Assembly (NCBI GenBank): GCA_964485795.1
Contig: CAZAJQ010000001.1
Span: 142,014 to 206,013, forward strand
DNA length: 64,000 nucleotides
Direction of reading: 5' to 3'
DNA from: an uncultured Gammaproteobacteria bacterium
GTDB lineage: Bacteria > Patescibacteriota > Patescibacteriia > VMEV01 > CAZAJQ01
Below the pieces are notes generated by a model, which did no database searches, was not told the DNA's origin, and saw only the letters and a list, made by a program, of their open reading frames with translations. A program made the translations under genes and the position numbers. Below, in pieces: positions 10,118 through 20,151 of this stretch. Numbering within the stretch: the first letter of the stretch is position 1; every line of letters begins with the position of its first letter.

Positions 10118-10630
10118 ATGATTGATATGGAATCATCGCCATCGTTTGAAACCCAGCTCAAGGGAAAACAACTTCTATCATGGTCATTTCCCGAATATGA
10201 AACGCACGAAAGATCGGATCTTTGGTATATTTTTTTTGGCGTCATCGTCGCTTTTCTCATCATTTACTCGATCGTCAAGTTTAATTGTCTCTTTGCCGTC
10301 ATCGTTATCCTCATCGCCTTCATTCTTTTTATCCAAAACGCCCGAAAATCCGGCACGATTCATTTTTCCGTATATCAGACCGGCATACAACTGGAAGACA
10401 ATTTCCATACATACAAAGAATTTTCTCACTTCTGGATAGCCTTCAATCCTCCGGTCGTAAAACAGCTTTATCTTCGGAAAAAAGGATTTTTCGGTCAAAC
10501 ACTTTCCATTCCCCTGATGGATCACAATATCATGAAAATCAGGAAAATTTTGGAAAAAAATATTCCCGAAAACGTGAATATGGAAAATGAAAGCATTTCA
10601 GACTTTTTGAGCCGAATTTTAAAAATTTGA
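10118..10630 (+). CDS. Conserved two-TM hypothetical protein (DUF5673-like)
   Basis: W.FPEYE.HERS..WY, two TM helices, Y..F..FWI motif; start uncertain (10091-10127). Confidence 0.7.
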   Translation: MIDMESSPSFETQLKGKQLLSWSFPEYETHERSDLWYIFFGVIVAFLIIYSIVKFNCLFAVIVILIAFILFIQNARKSGTIHFSVYQTGIQLEDNFHTYKEFSHFWIAFNPPVVKQLYLRKKGFFGQTLSIPLMDHNIMKIRKILEKNIPENVNMENESISDFLSRILKI

Positions 10631-10727
10631 AACGAATTTATACGTTCATGCAAGACGATTTGACCGAAAGCCGTCTTTTTGTCAAAATCCCCCCACAGGC
10701 GATTTTTTTATTTTTTTGACTGAAATC

Positions 10728-10761
10728 ACCCTGAAGTTAAGCGAAGCGCATACTTCAGGGT
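10728..10761 (+). repeat. Palindromic repeat family A, intergenic copy
   Basis: ACCCTGAAGT-TAAGCGAAGCGCAT-ACTTCAGGGT, perfect 10-bp stem, 13 nt upstream of tRNA-Arg. Confidence 0.92.
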
Positions 10762-10774
10762 ATACCTTCTTTTG

Positions 10775-10846
10775 GCTCCTGTAGTTCAATGGATAGAACA
10801 CGGGTTTGCGGAGCCCGTGATCCAGGTTCGATTCCTGGCGGGAGCA
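10775..10846 (+). tRNA. tRNA-Arg (anticodon GCG), CCA not encoded
   Basis: Acceptor GCTCCTG/CGGGAGC, D arm GTTC/GAAC, anticodon arm CGGGT-TTGCGGA-GCCCG, T arm CCAGG-TTCGATT-CCTGG. Confidence 0.95.
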
Positions 10847-10881
10847 TGATCAATGTGACGCCCTCATAAACGTGTCAGTAT

Positions 10882-11433
10882 GTGCCTGCGAGCAACAAAT
10901 TTACACAGCTTCATCTCTTGAAAGAAGCGTGTTACGATATCTTTGAGGCACCTCAATCCGATTTTAAACCTTCTATGGAAGCAATGACTCTTTTCCCGGT
11001 GATCGTCAAAGCATGGATACAAAAGGGAAATCGTTTTCTTGTTGCAAAACGCGGTTCCCATGAATCTCATCTGCCCGGAAGCTGGACATTGCCGGGCGGT
11101 AAGGTGGAAGCGTCGGGTGAAACCGAGCATGTCCTCGAAACGACGTTGCAAAAAGAAATCCTGGAAGAAGTCGGCGTGAATATCACGAACGATATCCGAC
11201 TGATCTACGATAATTCCTTCTTTCGATCCGACGGTGTCCATGTCATCAATCTCACTTTTCTTTGCGTCTGGAAATCCGGCGACGCGAAGCCGCTCGAAGA
11301 TACCGACGAAATCCGATGGCTTACGATTGCTGAACTTCAATCATTCGCTCCTCTGCCCGATTTTTTGAAAAAAGAAATCCTTATTTTGCAGACTTTTTTG
11401 AAAAAATACTATCTTGAGAGTATCGGCTCATAA
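10882..11433 (+). CDS. NUDIX hydrolase
   Basis: WTLPGGKVE...LQKEILEEVG Nudix box; true start may be downstream. Confidence 0.9.
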   Translation: MPASNKFTQLHLLKEACYDIFEAPQSDFKPSMEAMTLFPVIVKAWIQKGNRFLVAKRGSHESHLPGSWTLPGGKVEASGETEHVLETTLQKEILEEVGVNITNDIRLIYDNSFFRSDGVHVINLTFLCVWKSGDAKPLEDTDEIRWLTIAELQSFAPLPDFLKKEILILQTFLKKYYLESIGS

Positions 11434-11461
11434 TCTCTCGTCCACCTCTTCACCGTTTATT

Positions 11462-11866
11462 ATGGATTACCGACTTCACCCCAATCGTTTCTTGCGACAC
11501 TTCATATCCTTTCCGTTCATATGGGGAATGCTCATCCCCACGCTTTTTCTGGATATTTGCATGGAAATTTATCATCGCATCTGTTTTCCGCTGTACGGGC
11601 TTCCGTATGTGAAACGCTCGAACTACATCCTCATCGATCGACATCGATTGCAGTATCTCACTTTTTTGCAAAAAATCGGCTGCGCGTATTGCGGCTACGC
11701 AAACGGCGTTTATAATTACGCCGTCGAAATCGCCGCCCGCACCGAGCAATACTGGTGCGGCATCATGCATGAAAAAAAGAAAGGATTCATACCGCCAAAA
11801 CATCATGCGAATTTTTTGCCTTATGGCGACCGAGAGGCATTTGAAAAACGATACGGAAAGGAATAG
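11462..11866 (+). CDS. Conserved Cys/His-motif membrane-associated hypothetical protein
   Basis: One TM, YHRICFPLY, CAYCGYANG, RTEQYWCGIMH. Confidence 0.75.
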   Translation: MDYRLHPNRFLRHFISFPFIWGMLIPTLFLDICMEIYHRICFPLYGLPYVKRSNYILIDRHRLQYLTFLQKIGCAYCGYANGVYNYAVEIAARTEQYWCGIMHEKKKGFIPPKHHANFLPYGDREAFEKRYGKE

Positions 11867-11907
11867 ACAATTTTTTTCAATTCCATTTTTTCGCTGATGT
11901 TTTTTCT

Positions 11908-12915
11908 ATGGAATATATCCTCGCTTCACTCATCAATATTTTTCTTGCGTTCATCGGCACGCTTATCGCCGGCTATATTTTCGTCAAAAAAAACAATGGC
12001 CACGCGATGGTATGCCCCATGAATATGCATTGCGAACCGGTGCTGACGAGCGAATATGCAAGGACTTTCGGCATCCCAAATGAACTTATGGGAATCGCTT
12101 ATTATTCTTTCATAGCCCTCTGGTACGCCATGACTTTACTTTTCACTTCCTTGGTGACGGAAACGACGATGCTCCTCACGGTCATCGTTTCCGGGGGCGC
12201 GTTTCTTTTTTCCACCTATCTCATCGGCATTCAAGCCTTTGTCCTGAAAAACTGGTGTTCGTGGTGCATCATTTCGGCGGCGCTGAGCACGGCTATTTTT
12301 TTTGTCACGCTTTTGTCCTTGCCGTTTCCTTTGGCTCCGATACTCGTCAGATACGAGTTCCTCTTTGTCCTCATGCATCTCATCGCCGTGGGGCTTGGTG
12401 TGGGCGGAGCCACCATCGGGGATATACTTTTTTTCAAATTTTTAAAAGATTTTCGCATCTCACGATTTGAAGCCGACGTGTTGCGCACGCTGTCGCAGAT
12501 CATCTGGACGGCTCTCGGTATTTTTTTCATCAGCGGCGCGGCCATCTACCTCACGGATATGGCAAAATACAACGAATCATCAAAATTCCTTGTCAAAATG
12601 TTCATCGTGCTCGTCATCACCATCAACGGATTTTTTCTCAATCTCGTCATCGCTCCCAAACTCATGAAAATTTCCTTTCACAAAAAACACGATCACAAAG
12701 CCAGAGAGCTCGCGAAATATCGCAAACTCGCCTTTTCCCTTGGCGCCATTTCTCTTACCTCTTGGTATACGGCGCTTATTTTGGGTTCAATGCACCAAAT
12801 CCCATTTGATGTGGAAACGGGCATCCTTGCCTATCTACTCATATTGCTCATGGCCGTCTCCATCAGCCAAATACTCGAACATCGGTTTTCCAATCAACGC
12901 AAAGCTGAGCACTGA
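11908..12915 (+). CDS. Vitamin K epoxide reductase (VKOR) family protein with extra C-terminal membrane domain
   Basis: Loop C-x5-C..VLTSEYA..FGIPN and active-site WCSWC. Confidence 0.88.
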   Translation: MEYILASLINIFLAFIGTLIAGYIFVKKNNGHAMVCPMNMHCEPVLTSEYARTFGIPNELMGIAYYSFIALWYAMTLLFTSLVTETTMLLTVIVSGGAFLFSTYLIGIQAFVLKNWCSWCIISAALSTAIFFVTLLSLPFPLAPILVRYEFLFVLMHLIAVGLGVGGATIGDILFFKFLKDFRISRFEADVLRTLSQIIWTALGIFFISGAAIYLTDMAKYNESSKFLVKMFIVLVITINGFFLNLVIAPKLMKISFHKKHDHKARELAKYRKLAFSLGAISLTSWYTALILGSMHQIPFDVETGILAYLLILLMAVSISQILEHRFSNQRKAEH

Positions 12916-12931
12916 CCCCTTAATTGAGTTC

Positions 12932-13747
12932 ATGTTCACCGTAAATTTTGATCCAATCCTTTTTTCCGTCGGAAGCCTACCCGTCTATTGGTACGGCTTT
13001 TTGTATTTTGTGAGTTTCGCGCTCGCCGCATGGTATACGTTCAGAAAAATTGCGCATGACGAGGATACGACTCTCCGCAATGACGAAATTTGGGATTTGC
13101 TTTTTTGGGTATTTCTGGGAATCATTGTCGGAGGAAGGCTCGGTTTCGTATTTTTTTATGATCCGGACTATTATGTCGCATTTCCTTTGGAAATTTTCCA
13201 GCTGTACAAAGGCGGAATGTCTTTTCACGGCGGATTGCTGGGAGCGGCTATCGCGGGATGGCTCTTCTGCAAGAGCAAAAAAATATCCTTTCTTTCCTTG
13301 GCCGACAAACTCATCATCATGGCACCCGTGGGAATCATGCTGGGAAGAATCGGAAATTTCATAAACGGAGAGCTCTTCGGAAAACCTGCGGATTTCTTTT
13401 TCTCAATGAAATTTCCTCGACTGGGCGGAGATGTGCAGCGGCATCCTTCACAGCTTTACGAAGCCTTTTTTGAAGGATTGGTACTTTTTTTCATTTTGCT
13501 TTTTTTCCAAAAACGTTCACATAAGCATTCTCAAAAGCCCGGAACGCTTTTCTGGATATTCGTGTTTTGCTATGGCAGCTTCCGATTTTTCCTCGAGTTT
13601 TTCCGCGAACCCGACAAGTACTGGGACAACGCTTACCTTTTTTCGATGACGGCCGGACAATGGCTCTCGATCCCGATGATTGGACTCGCCGCGGTATTTC
13701 TCCTGAAAGGAAAATCGGCGCCGATCGTTGACGTTGCAAAGAAATGA
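12932..13747 (+). CDS. lgt: Prolipoprotein diacylglyceryl transferase
   Basis: WYG, GGRLGFV, GGMSFHGG, GRIGNFINGELFG, RHPSQLYE, EFFREPD. Confidence 0.97.
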   Translation: MFTVNFDPILFSVGSLPVYWYGFLYFVSFALAAWYTFRKIAHDEDTTLRNDEIWDLLFWVFLGIIVGGRLGFVFFYDPDYYVAFPLEIFQLYKGGMSFHGGLLGAAIAGWLFCKSKKISFLSLADKLIIMAPVGIMLGRIGNFINGELFGKPADFFFSMKFPRLGGDVQRHPSQLYEAFFEGLVLFFILLFFQKRSHKHSQKPGTLFWIFVFCYGSFRFFLEFFREPDKYWDNAYLFSMTAGQWLSIPMIGLAAVFLLKGKSAPIVDVAKK

Positions 13748-13820
13748 CGTCGCTCAAACCTCTCTCCCCCGAAATCTTCTCAAGTTTTTAAACCTATGGT
13801 ATCCTAACCGACGAAAAAAT

Positions 13821-14336
13821 ATGCTTATCAATTTCCTCCTCATCATCTCGGCTATACTGCTGATCATTTTTCTGATCATCTTCGTCGCCGGATATTTCAC
13901 TCCGGAAAAATACCATTGCTCCGTTCAAGGGGCGGTGAACGTTCCGCAAAACGATCTATGGATTTTTCTCAATGACATCGGGAGCTTTCCGAAAAATCGC
14001 CCGGAAATAGACTCCATCAGCATGCTCGGGAAAAACGCCAAAAACCTGCCGACATGGAAAATCATCTCCAAAGATGGTAGATTTATCGTATGCGAATGGC
14101 TGGAAAGGACTCCACAAGCCGCTTTGATTTTGTCTGTCAAAGAAAGTTCCTACGGCATCACCGGCCTATGGAAATACGAGTTGCATTTTGAAAACGGGAA
14201 TACCTTGGTACGACTTACAGAAGACAGCGTGTCAAAAAACATTTGGTATCGGGGACTCCAGAGAATTCTCGGATCAGATCTTCACATCCGGCATGAGCTG
14301 AGTTTTTTGCAAAAACATTTTCTTGCGCAACATTAA
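13821..14336 (+). CDS. Membrane-anchored SRPBCC/START-like protein
   Basis: N-terminal TM, LW..LND..SFP..RP, G.W.YEL....GNT.V.LTE pattern. Confidence 0.65.
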   Translation: MLINFLLIISAILLIIFLIIFVAGYFTPEKYHCSVQGAVNVPQNDLWIFLNDIGSFPKNRPEIDSISMLGKNAKNLPTWKIISKDGRFIVCEWLERTPQAALILSVKESSYGITGLWKYELHFENGNTLVRLTEDSVSKNIWYRGLQRILGSDLHIRHELSFLQKHFLAQH

Positions 14337-14355
14337 TTCATCAATACTTTTTCGT

Positions 14356-14748
14356 ATGAAAAAAACATTGCTTCTCATCAGCGCTTTTCTGCTTCTGGGC
14401 GCAGCTTGTTCAAAGCAAACGGCGCCTCAAACACAGACTCCGACGGGAAAAAAGAATGCAATCGTATTTGAAAACAACGCGTTCACGCCCGCTGAAATCA
14501 CCGTAAAAAAAGGTGATGCCGTCTCTTTCCTCAATAAAACCGAACAAAATCTCTGGCCCGCGAGCGGCGTCCACCCCACGCATGCGCTGTACCCGACCAC
14601 CGGAGGATGCCTTGGCAGCACTTTTGACGCCTGCCGCGCTCTCAAAACGGGCGAAGAATTCACTTTTACCTTTGATATCGTAGGTACATGGCCGTTTCAT
14701 GATCATCTCCATCCCGACAAAAGAGGGAAGGTCATCGTTACGGAGTAA
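14356..14748 (+). CDS. Cupredoxin-fold lipoprotein
   Basis: Lipobox LGAAC; FTPAEITVKKGDAV.F.N, WPASGVHPTH, GTWPFHDHLHP..RG.VIV. Confidence 0.85.
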   Translation: MKKTLLLISAFLLLGAACSKQTAPQTQTPTGKKNAIVFENNAFTPAEITVKKGDAVSFLNKTEQNLWPASGVHPTHALYPTTGGCLGSTFDACRALKTGEEFTFTFDIVGTWPFHDHLHPDKRGKVIVTE

Positions 14749-14771
14749 AAGGAATCAGAAATTTGAGTGCC

Positions 14772-14799
14772 AAAAAAGCGAGAATTCCTCGCTTTTTTT
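14772..14799. terminator. Bidirectional intrinsic terminator
   Basis: AAAAAAGCGAG-AATTC-CTCGCTTTTTTT between convergent genes. Confidence 0.8.
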
Positions 14800-14977
14800 G
14801 TGTATCAGATACTGACTCTGAGTCATCTCTCGAAAAAAAATTCCCGCAAGGGCGATTAGATTTTTTTAAAAAAAATCGCCAACCGTTATTTTTCTCTGCC
14901 CTGATTCTCCACTTACATTTTCGAAGAATTTCATTCTCATTTTCCCTCTTGATGCGGTATTGCGGTAAAAAAAGAAT

Positions 14978-16342
14978 TCACAAATGTTGATCGCGAAAAG
15001 CCATTATCTCTTCATAAAGAAGTCGCAGATACCATATCCCCTCCCGGTTTGGATCGGCGGCGTATTTTTCTCCCATGAATCGCGCAAACTCGGTTTGGAT
15101 ATCGGCTTCGAGAATGTCGCGATTTTTCAAATATCTATCGACCTTGTTTTGATCCTTGTTTTTTTGGGCCGTCAGGCGAAGTTTTTCGACCTTTGCCAGC
15201 TGCTCCACACGATGACGCAGACGATCCATCGCATCACCGAAAAGCTCCTTCCATACGCCGATAAACGCGTCCCAAAGACGCGTCAAAACCCCCACTTCTA
15301 CGGAAATTGCGGCCGTCGGACAAACATGCAGGTCGTTTTGATATTCTGAATTCGCGTCGATACGTTTCTTTGCCGCACTCTCAAAAGTCTTTTGCAAAGA
15401 CAGCAAGCGTTGTTCCTGCCCCCGATATCGCTTCTCGGCGTCGGCTATCGATGCAACTTCATTCCATCCCAAAAATGATTGATCCAAAAACGCGGAAAGC
15501 AATGCGACGCTTGTATCTTCCTCGGCAATCGTTTGCGAAAAACGTTTCCTGTTTTGCGCAAGCGATTCTTTGCACCCCCTGTCCGCCGAAAAGTCCGAAT
15601 CGAGAATAATGGCAGAAGAAAAATTTTCGAATTCTTTTGCGAATCGATCCAACGATTCCTTCACCACCGCATCTTCGATGATTTCCGTCTCAAGCGGACA
15701 AGCACGAGCGCAAGAGAGGTAATCTTGAAACTTTGTCTCGATATCGCGCTCGAGCAATTTTTGATTGATGATGTCCCCTGCCATAAAAAGTTCATTTTTT
15801 GCCGCGGCAACGATCGACGGAAGCGATTGAGTCTCCTCAGCAGTTGCTTTCGCCTTTTCATTCATTCTCTTTTCAAGTCGAGTTCCGATTTCATCATGAT
15901 AGCCCTGAAACGATTCCCATGCGTTTTTTTCTTCAAAACATCCGCATACCTTGGATTCTCGCTCCATGAGACGTTTTGTCTCGACCGCAACGTCTTTTGA
16001 GACTCTTTCATCTTTTGGCTGCAAAGACTCGACGGTCAATGTTTCCAAAATCTCCTTCGTATCATGCGTCTTGGATCCATCGGTCAATCTTGACGCGAGA
16101 GCGTACCAATCCTTGGAAAATTTCTCCGTCGATGGCACCGCGGATATTTTCGGATCGTCGTGGCTGATGGCGTCGATTGAAGTCGCTTCATGCTTTGACA
16201 GATCGATCAATTCCACACCACGCGACGTCGTTTGCGGCTGCTTCACTTCGGAAACCGGAACGAACACGACGAAAAGAATGGCGGAAACTCCGGTGATTGC
16301 AGTCATGATCGCAAAGAAAATCAATATTTTTTTTATGGTCAT
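14978..16342 (-). CDS. Hypothetical membrane-anchored helical protein
   Basis: 454-aa ORF, N-terminal TM, coiled-coil character, several Cys. Confidence 0.7.
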   Translation of the reverse strand: MTIKKILIFFAIMTAITGVSAILFVVFVPVSEVKQPQTTSRGVELIDLSKHEATSIDAISHDDPKISAVPSTEKFSKDWYALASRLTDGSKTHDTKEILETLTVESLQPKDERVSKDVAVETKRLMERESKVCGCFEEKNAWESFQGYHDEIGTRLEKRMNEKAKATAEETQSLPSIVAAAKNELFMAGDIINQKLLERDIETKFQDYLSCARACPLETEIIEDAVVKESLDRFAKEFENFSSAIILDSDFSADRGCKESLAQNRKRFSQTIAEEDTSVALLSAFLDQSFLGWNEVASIADAEKRYRGQEQRLLSLQKTFESAAKKRIDANSEYQNDLHVCPTAAISVEVGVLTRLWDAFIGVWKELFGDAMDRLRHRVEQLAKVEKLRLTAQKNKDQNKVDRYLKNRDILEADIQTEFARFMGEKYAADPNREGIWYLRLLYEEIMAFRDQHL

Positions 16343-16432
16343 ACATGAAGCGTCACTCCGACATGTTCATCACAAAAACCTATATTCGGCGACATAAAAA
16401 TAGGAATCGTAAAAGGATACCGGACCAAGCCA

Positions 16433-18403
16433 TCATATCCCCTCCAGATCCGCTATTGCTCCGTCGGGATGGATGACGACTCCCCGAGTAAGACTCGGAT
16501 CAATCGTACCGACCGAATCAATGAGAAACGACAGATGCACGATATCATTGCAATTCTGTGAACTCAGCACGAGCATAAGATGTCGGGCTTTGGCATCAAA
16601 CAGATAGGCGATGAAACGATCCTGACCCGGTTGATCGCATTGAGGAGCATCATCTCCTTGCGTCACAAAACCTTGCGCTATTCCCATGACCACTCCATCG
16701 GTTTGCAGCTTTCTCTGCAAAGCTTCGATGTTTCCACGTAAAAGCGTCAACGTATCCATACTCATATTTCCAGATGCGCCGATTTTGTTTTCAAGATTGG
16801 ATCGTATCCATGCCGAAGTCGCACTCCTTTTCACCAAAGAAACCATTGCGTCTCCGAAAACGCTCGCCAAAATCGTTTTCTGCGCATCCGGTACGTTCAT
16901 ACGATCGAAATTTTCAAGCAAACCGCCGGTCAACGCCTGACCGACTTGTCCGTTTATCGAAGCCGGGAAAATTTCCGTTCCGTGCACTGAAACGGGCGCC
17001 AGCCCGAAATTCCACATGTTGACACCGAGCTTTTCTCCCCCGAGGATGTTCATCCCGGAAAAAATCAGTGTAAAAGGACACTGACATTCGCTCACTATCG
17101 CTTTCGAAGCGACGGAAGCCAAAATTCCTTTCACTTGCTCGGGTATTGTTTCCCCTTGATAGGGTAAAGATACCGCATTTTTTGGAGCCTCGCTTCGAAC
17201 GACCATATCTTCTTTCCATCGCTTCAAATTTTTCCCAGCTTCGCTTATGCCTCTCAAACATTGGAATTTCTCTTCCGAAACACCGCTGAAACTTTGCGTC
17301 ACTTGGGTCTGCAACGACGCATATCGGTCGGACAGCATTCCCAAATCCGTAACGCCGCGAAAAAATTCTTCCCGCGAGACATTCCCCTCGCCGCCGGATT
17401 CGTTCATTCGCTCCCAAACGCCGTACTGATTGCGATAGCCGGAAAAAAAATCCTTCCTCAATGTCACCAGTTCACCGTATCGCTCCAAAACCGCATTTTG
17501 TTTTTGCATCAGATCCCCTTCGGCGCATGACAAGCGCGTCTCGTGGTTTGCGGACACCAGATATCCGGAGTCATTTTCAAAGGTTCGTCGCGCAACATCA
17601 AGACCGCTCAATTCCTTTTCAAGCGTTTGCGTCAGCATATTCATGATCGACTCGCGATACAGCACGCTCGCCAAGGCGCGATGAAGCGTCTCTCCGGATT
17701 TTTCCAAGATCTGCTCCGTCGGGATGCAAAGACCGGATCCTTTTTTGAGAATTTCAAGCTTTGTGATCAAATTCACCTTTTTTTTCTCGCAATCTTGCAA
17801 TTGTTCCTCAAGTTTGCGAATATCAATCTCCAGCCTCCGAGCTGCGACCTCGACATCTTTTTGCAGCCTCATGAATTTTTCATAGTTTTGCGCACTTTCA
17901 TCAATATTTTTTTTCAAAAAATCAACATATTTCCCGAAATCCTGAAGAAAAAGGAAACTTTCCGAAACATTTTTTTCATCCAATCTCACCCAAAAATCCA
18001 AACCGTATTTTTGATAACCGATATGACCATAGTCCGAAAGATTTTCCTTTGGAGCTTCAAACAGCCATGATGAAGCAAATTTTTTTTTCAAAAATGAAAC
18101 GTATGCATTGACGTCGTCTCGATAATCTTTTTGATAACTTTCTTTTTGAATTTGAATTTTCGCGGAAATGTCTGTCAGCCGATGTACGGTTTCCTGTTTT
18201 TGCGCGATCATCAATCGAATTTTCTCGCAAGAAACGGCGTTCACCTGTTCGGAAACACTTTCATACTCGCTTTGAGAGTTCCCGCAATCATCGCCGCGTG
18301 TTCCATTTTCCGAATCGCTTTGTGAAAAAACAAACGATGGCGCCAAAATTGCGATCGCAAACGCAACGACACACAGGCTTGCCAACGTACGATTTTCTTT
18401 CAT
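16433..18403 (-). CDS. Hypothetical secreted coiled-coil protein
   Basis: 656-aa ORF, signal peptide, long heptad region, scattered Cys. Confidence 0.72.
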   Translation of the reverse strand: MKENRTLASLCVVAFAIAILAPSFVFSQSDSENGTRGDDCGNSQSEYESVSEQVNAVSCEKIRLMIAQKQETVHRLTDISAKIQIQKESYQKDYRDDVNAYVSFLKKKFASSWLFEAPKENLSDYGHIGYQKYGLDFWVRLDEKNVSESFLFLQDFGKYVDFLKKNIDESAQNYEKFMRLQKDVEVAARRLEIDIRKLEEQLQDCEKKKVNLITKLEILKKGSGLCIPTEQILEKSGETLHRALASVLYRESIMNMLTQTLEKELSGLDVARRTFENDSGYLVSANHETRLSCAEGDLMQKQNAVLERYGELVTLRKDFFSGYRNQYGVWERMNESGGEGNVSREEFFRGVTDLGMLSDRYASLQTQVTQSFSGVSEEKFQCLRGISEAGKNLKRWKEDMVVRSEAPKNAVSLPYQGETIPEQVKGILASVASKAIVSECQCPFTLIFSGMNILGGEKLGVNMWNFGLAPVSVHGTEIFPASINGQVGQALTGGLLENFDRMNVPDAQKTILASVFGDAMVSLVKRSATSAWIRSNLENKIGASGNMSMDTLTLLRGNIEALQRKLQTDGVVMGIAQGFVTQGDDAPQCDQPGQDRFIAYLFDAKARHLMLVLSSQNCNDIVHLSFLIDSVGTIDPSLTRGVVIHPDGAIADLEGI

Positions 18404-18532
18404 AGCTATTTTCCTAAACTTTCTTTTTCCAGTATAAATATATCATAGATGTTCCATCTGCAGGAATCGGACAGCTTGATCGGATTTCCGTTTCACAAAC
18501 CATCTGTTTTATAATCACATCATGACTTTTCT

Positions 18533-19630
18533 ATGAACCAAGAACTCTATCATTTTGTCAAAAATTCCATCGATCGCGGAATTGAAAAAAAATCCATCGA
18601 AACCGTTCTCAAAAAAGCCGGATGGAGCCCGGATGACGTCAAAAACGCTTTTGATCGCTTTTATCTGACGGATTATCCGATCGCCATTCCCAAACGAAGC
18701 CCCTATCTCAACGCAAGGGAAGCTTTCCTCCTTTTGATCGTATTCACTACGCTCTACATCAGCGCCATCAATTTTGGCATACTCATCTTCCAGTACATCA
18801 ACTACTGGTTTTTTGATCCGATTTCCTTTCCCGAAGGCGACTTCTCGACCATAACCGTCCGATCGGCTTTGGCGTCGCTGATCATTGCCTTTCCGATTTT
18901 TTTGCTCGTTTCGCGCGCCGTGGAACAATCTTTTGCCGCCATTCTCGAAAAAAAAGAATCAAAAATATACAAATGGCTCACTTACATCACTCTTTTCGTC
19001 ACAACGATCGTGATGATCGTGGATCTCATCATGCTCATGAACAATCTCTTGGCAGGCGAATTGACCTGGCGGTTTTCCTTGAAAGTTCTGACCGTGCTCA
19101 TCATTGCCGGTACGGTTTTCACCTATTATCTTCTCGACCTGCGCCGCGGAGAAAAAGGGATGAAAGATTCCCAGTCCAAAACTCCGTTTCGATTTTTTCT
19201 CGCGCTTCTTATCGCTGCCGTCGTCACGGTGGTAACTGGCGGCATTTTCCTTTCGGGAAAACCATCTTCGCAAAGGGATATTTTACTTGATGATCAAAGA
19301 GTGTCGCATCTGCAGAGCATCAGCTTTGCCATCGACCGGTATTGGGAAAACCATGATAAAAAACTTCCCGCCGATTTTGAATCGTTGGGGAATGAACGGG
19401 ATATTTATGTGAACTCTTTTTCGGATCCGCAAACGAACGCCACTTACGAGTATTCCCAAACCGACGAAACATCCTATCGCCTCTGCGCCACGTTTGCGAG
19501 AGCATCCGAAGACACCTCCCTCCAGACAAAACCAAGAGCACTCGCTCCATCGACGTTTGAAAATCGATTTTGGGATCACCCGAGCGGGTATCATTGCTAT
19601 GATTTCACGGCGAGGCCGTCAATAAAATGA
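18533..19630 (+). CDS. DUF5671-like multi-TM membrane protein
   Basis: L.KAGW N-terminus, AFL.L..F.TLY, KWLTYITLF, D.QRV..L..I..AI..Y, DPQT...YEY, YRLCATF. Confidence 0.78.
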   Translation: MNQELYHFVKNSIDRGIEKKSIETVLKKAGWSPDDVKNAFDRFYLTDYPIAIPKRSPYLNAREAFLLLIVFTTLYISAINFGILIFQYINYWFFDPISFPEGDFSTITVRSALASLIIAFPIFLLVSRAVEQSFAAILEKKESKIYKWLTYITLFVTTIVMIVDLIMLMNNLLAGELTWRFSLKVLTVLIIAGTVFTYYLLDLRRGEKGMKDSQSKTPFRFFLALLIAAVVTVVTGGIFLSGKPSSQRDILLDDQRVSHLQSISFAIDRYWENHDKKLPADFESLGNERDIYVNSFSDPQTNATYEYSQTDETSYRLCATFARASEDTSLQTKPRALAPSTFENRFWDHPSGYHCYDFTARPSIK

Positions 19631-19672
19631 CAGGGCCGATTGAAAAGCATCAAAAAAACGAAAGAAGCGAAA

Positions 19673-20071
19673 TCATATCGCTTCTTTTGTTTGCGACGGA
19701 GAGGATTGCCGCGTAAAAAAAATTTCCAAAACGACGCACGCGAAAAAAAGGGCGAAAAAATTGATGGCGTTGAGAAGACTGTTGGCCATCAAATACAGTG
19801 ACACGACTATCATTCCCGAATAAAAAAAAGCCTGCCGCAACGAAGGATATGTGATGGCTTTATAATGGGTTTTTTTGAAAAAAAAAGTTCTCACCCCCAT
19901 TCCGCACAAGGAAAAAAAACCAAGTGAAGAAAGAAACAACGTCACATAAAAAAGAATCAGCTCCGCTGGAGTTGCAAAAAAAGGGTCGGTACGAAATACG
20001 ATCACCGACCAACCGATAAACGAAATGAGCGTACCGGTCATCATGAAAATGATAAACTTTTTATACGTCAT
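19673..20071 (-). CDS. Hypothetical four-TM membrane protein
   Basis: Hydrophobic 132-aa ORF with DP, LFY..LF and SLRQ motifs. Confidence 0.7.
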   Translation of the reverse strand: MTYKKFIIFMMTGTLISFIGWSVIVFRTDPFFATPAELILFYVTLFLSSLGFFSLCGMGVRTFFFKKTHYKAITYPSLRQAFFYSGMIVVSLYLMANSLLNAINFFALFFACVVLEIFFTRQSSPSQTKEAI

Positions 20072-20077
20072 AAACGT

Positions 20078-20149
20078 TACCCCTGCAGTAGAACGAAGCG
20101 CACACTGCAGGGTAAACCCCTGCAGTTAAACGATGCGCATACTGCAGGA
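20078..20149 (+). repeat. Two tandem variant copies of palindromic repeat family A
   Basis: ACCCCTGCAGT-AGAACGAAGCGCAC-ACTGCAGGGT and CCCCTGCAGT-TAAACGATGCGCAT-ACTGCAGGA. Confidence 0.88.
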
Positions 20150-20151
20150 TT

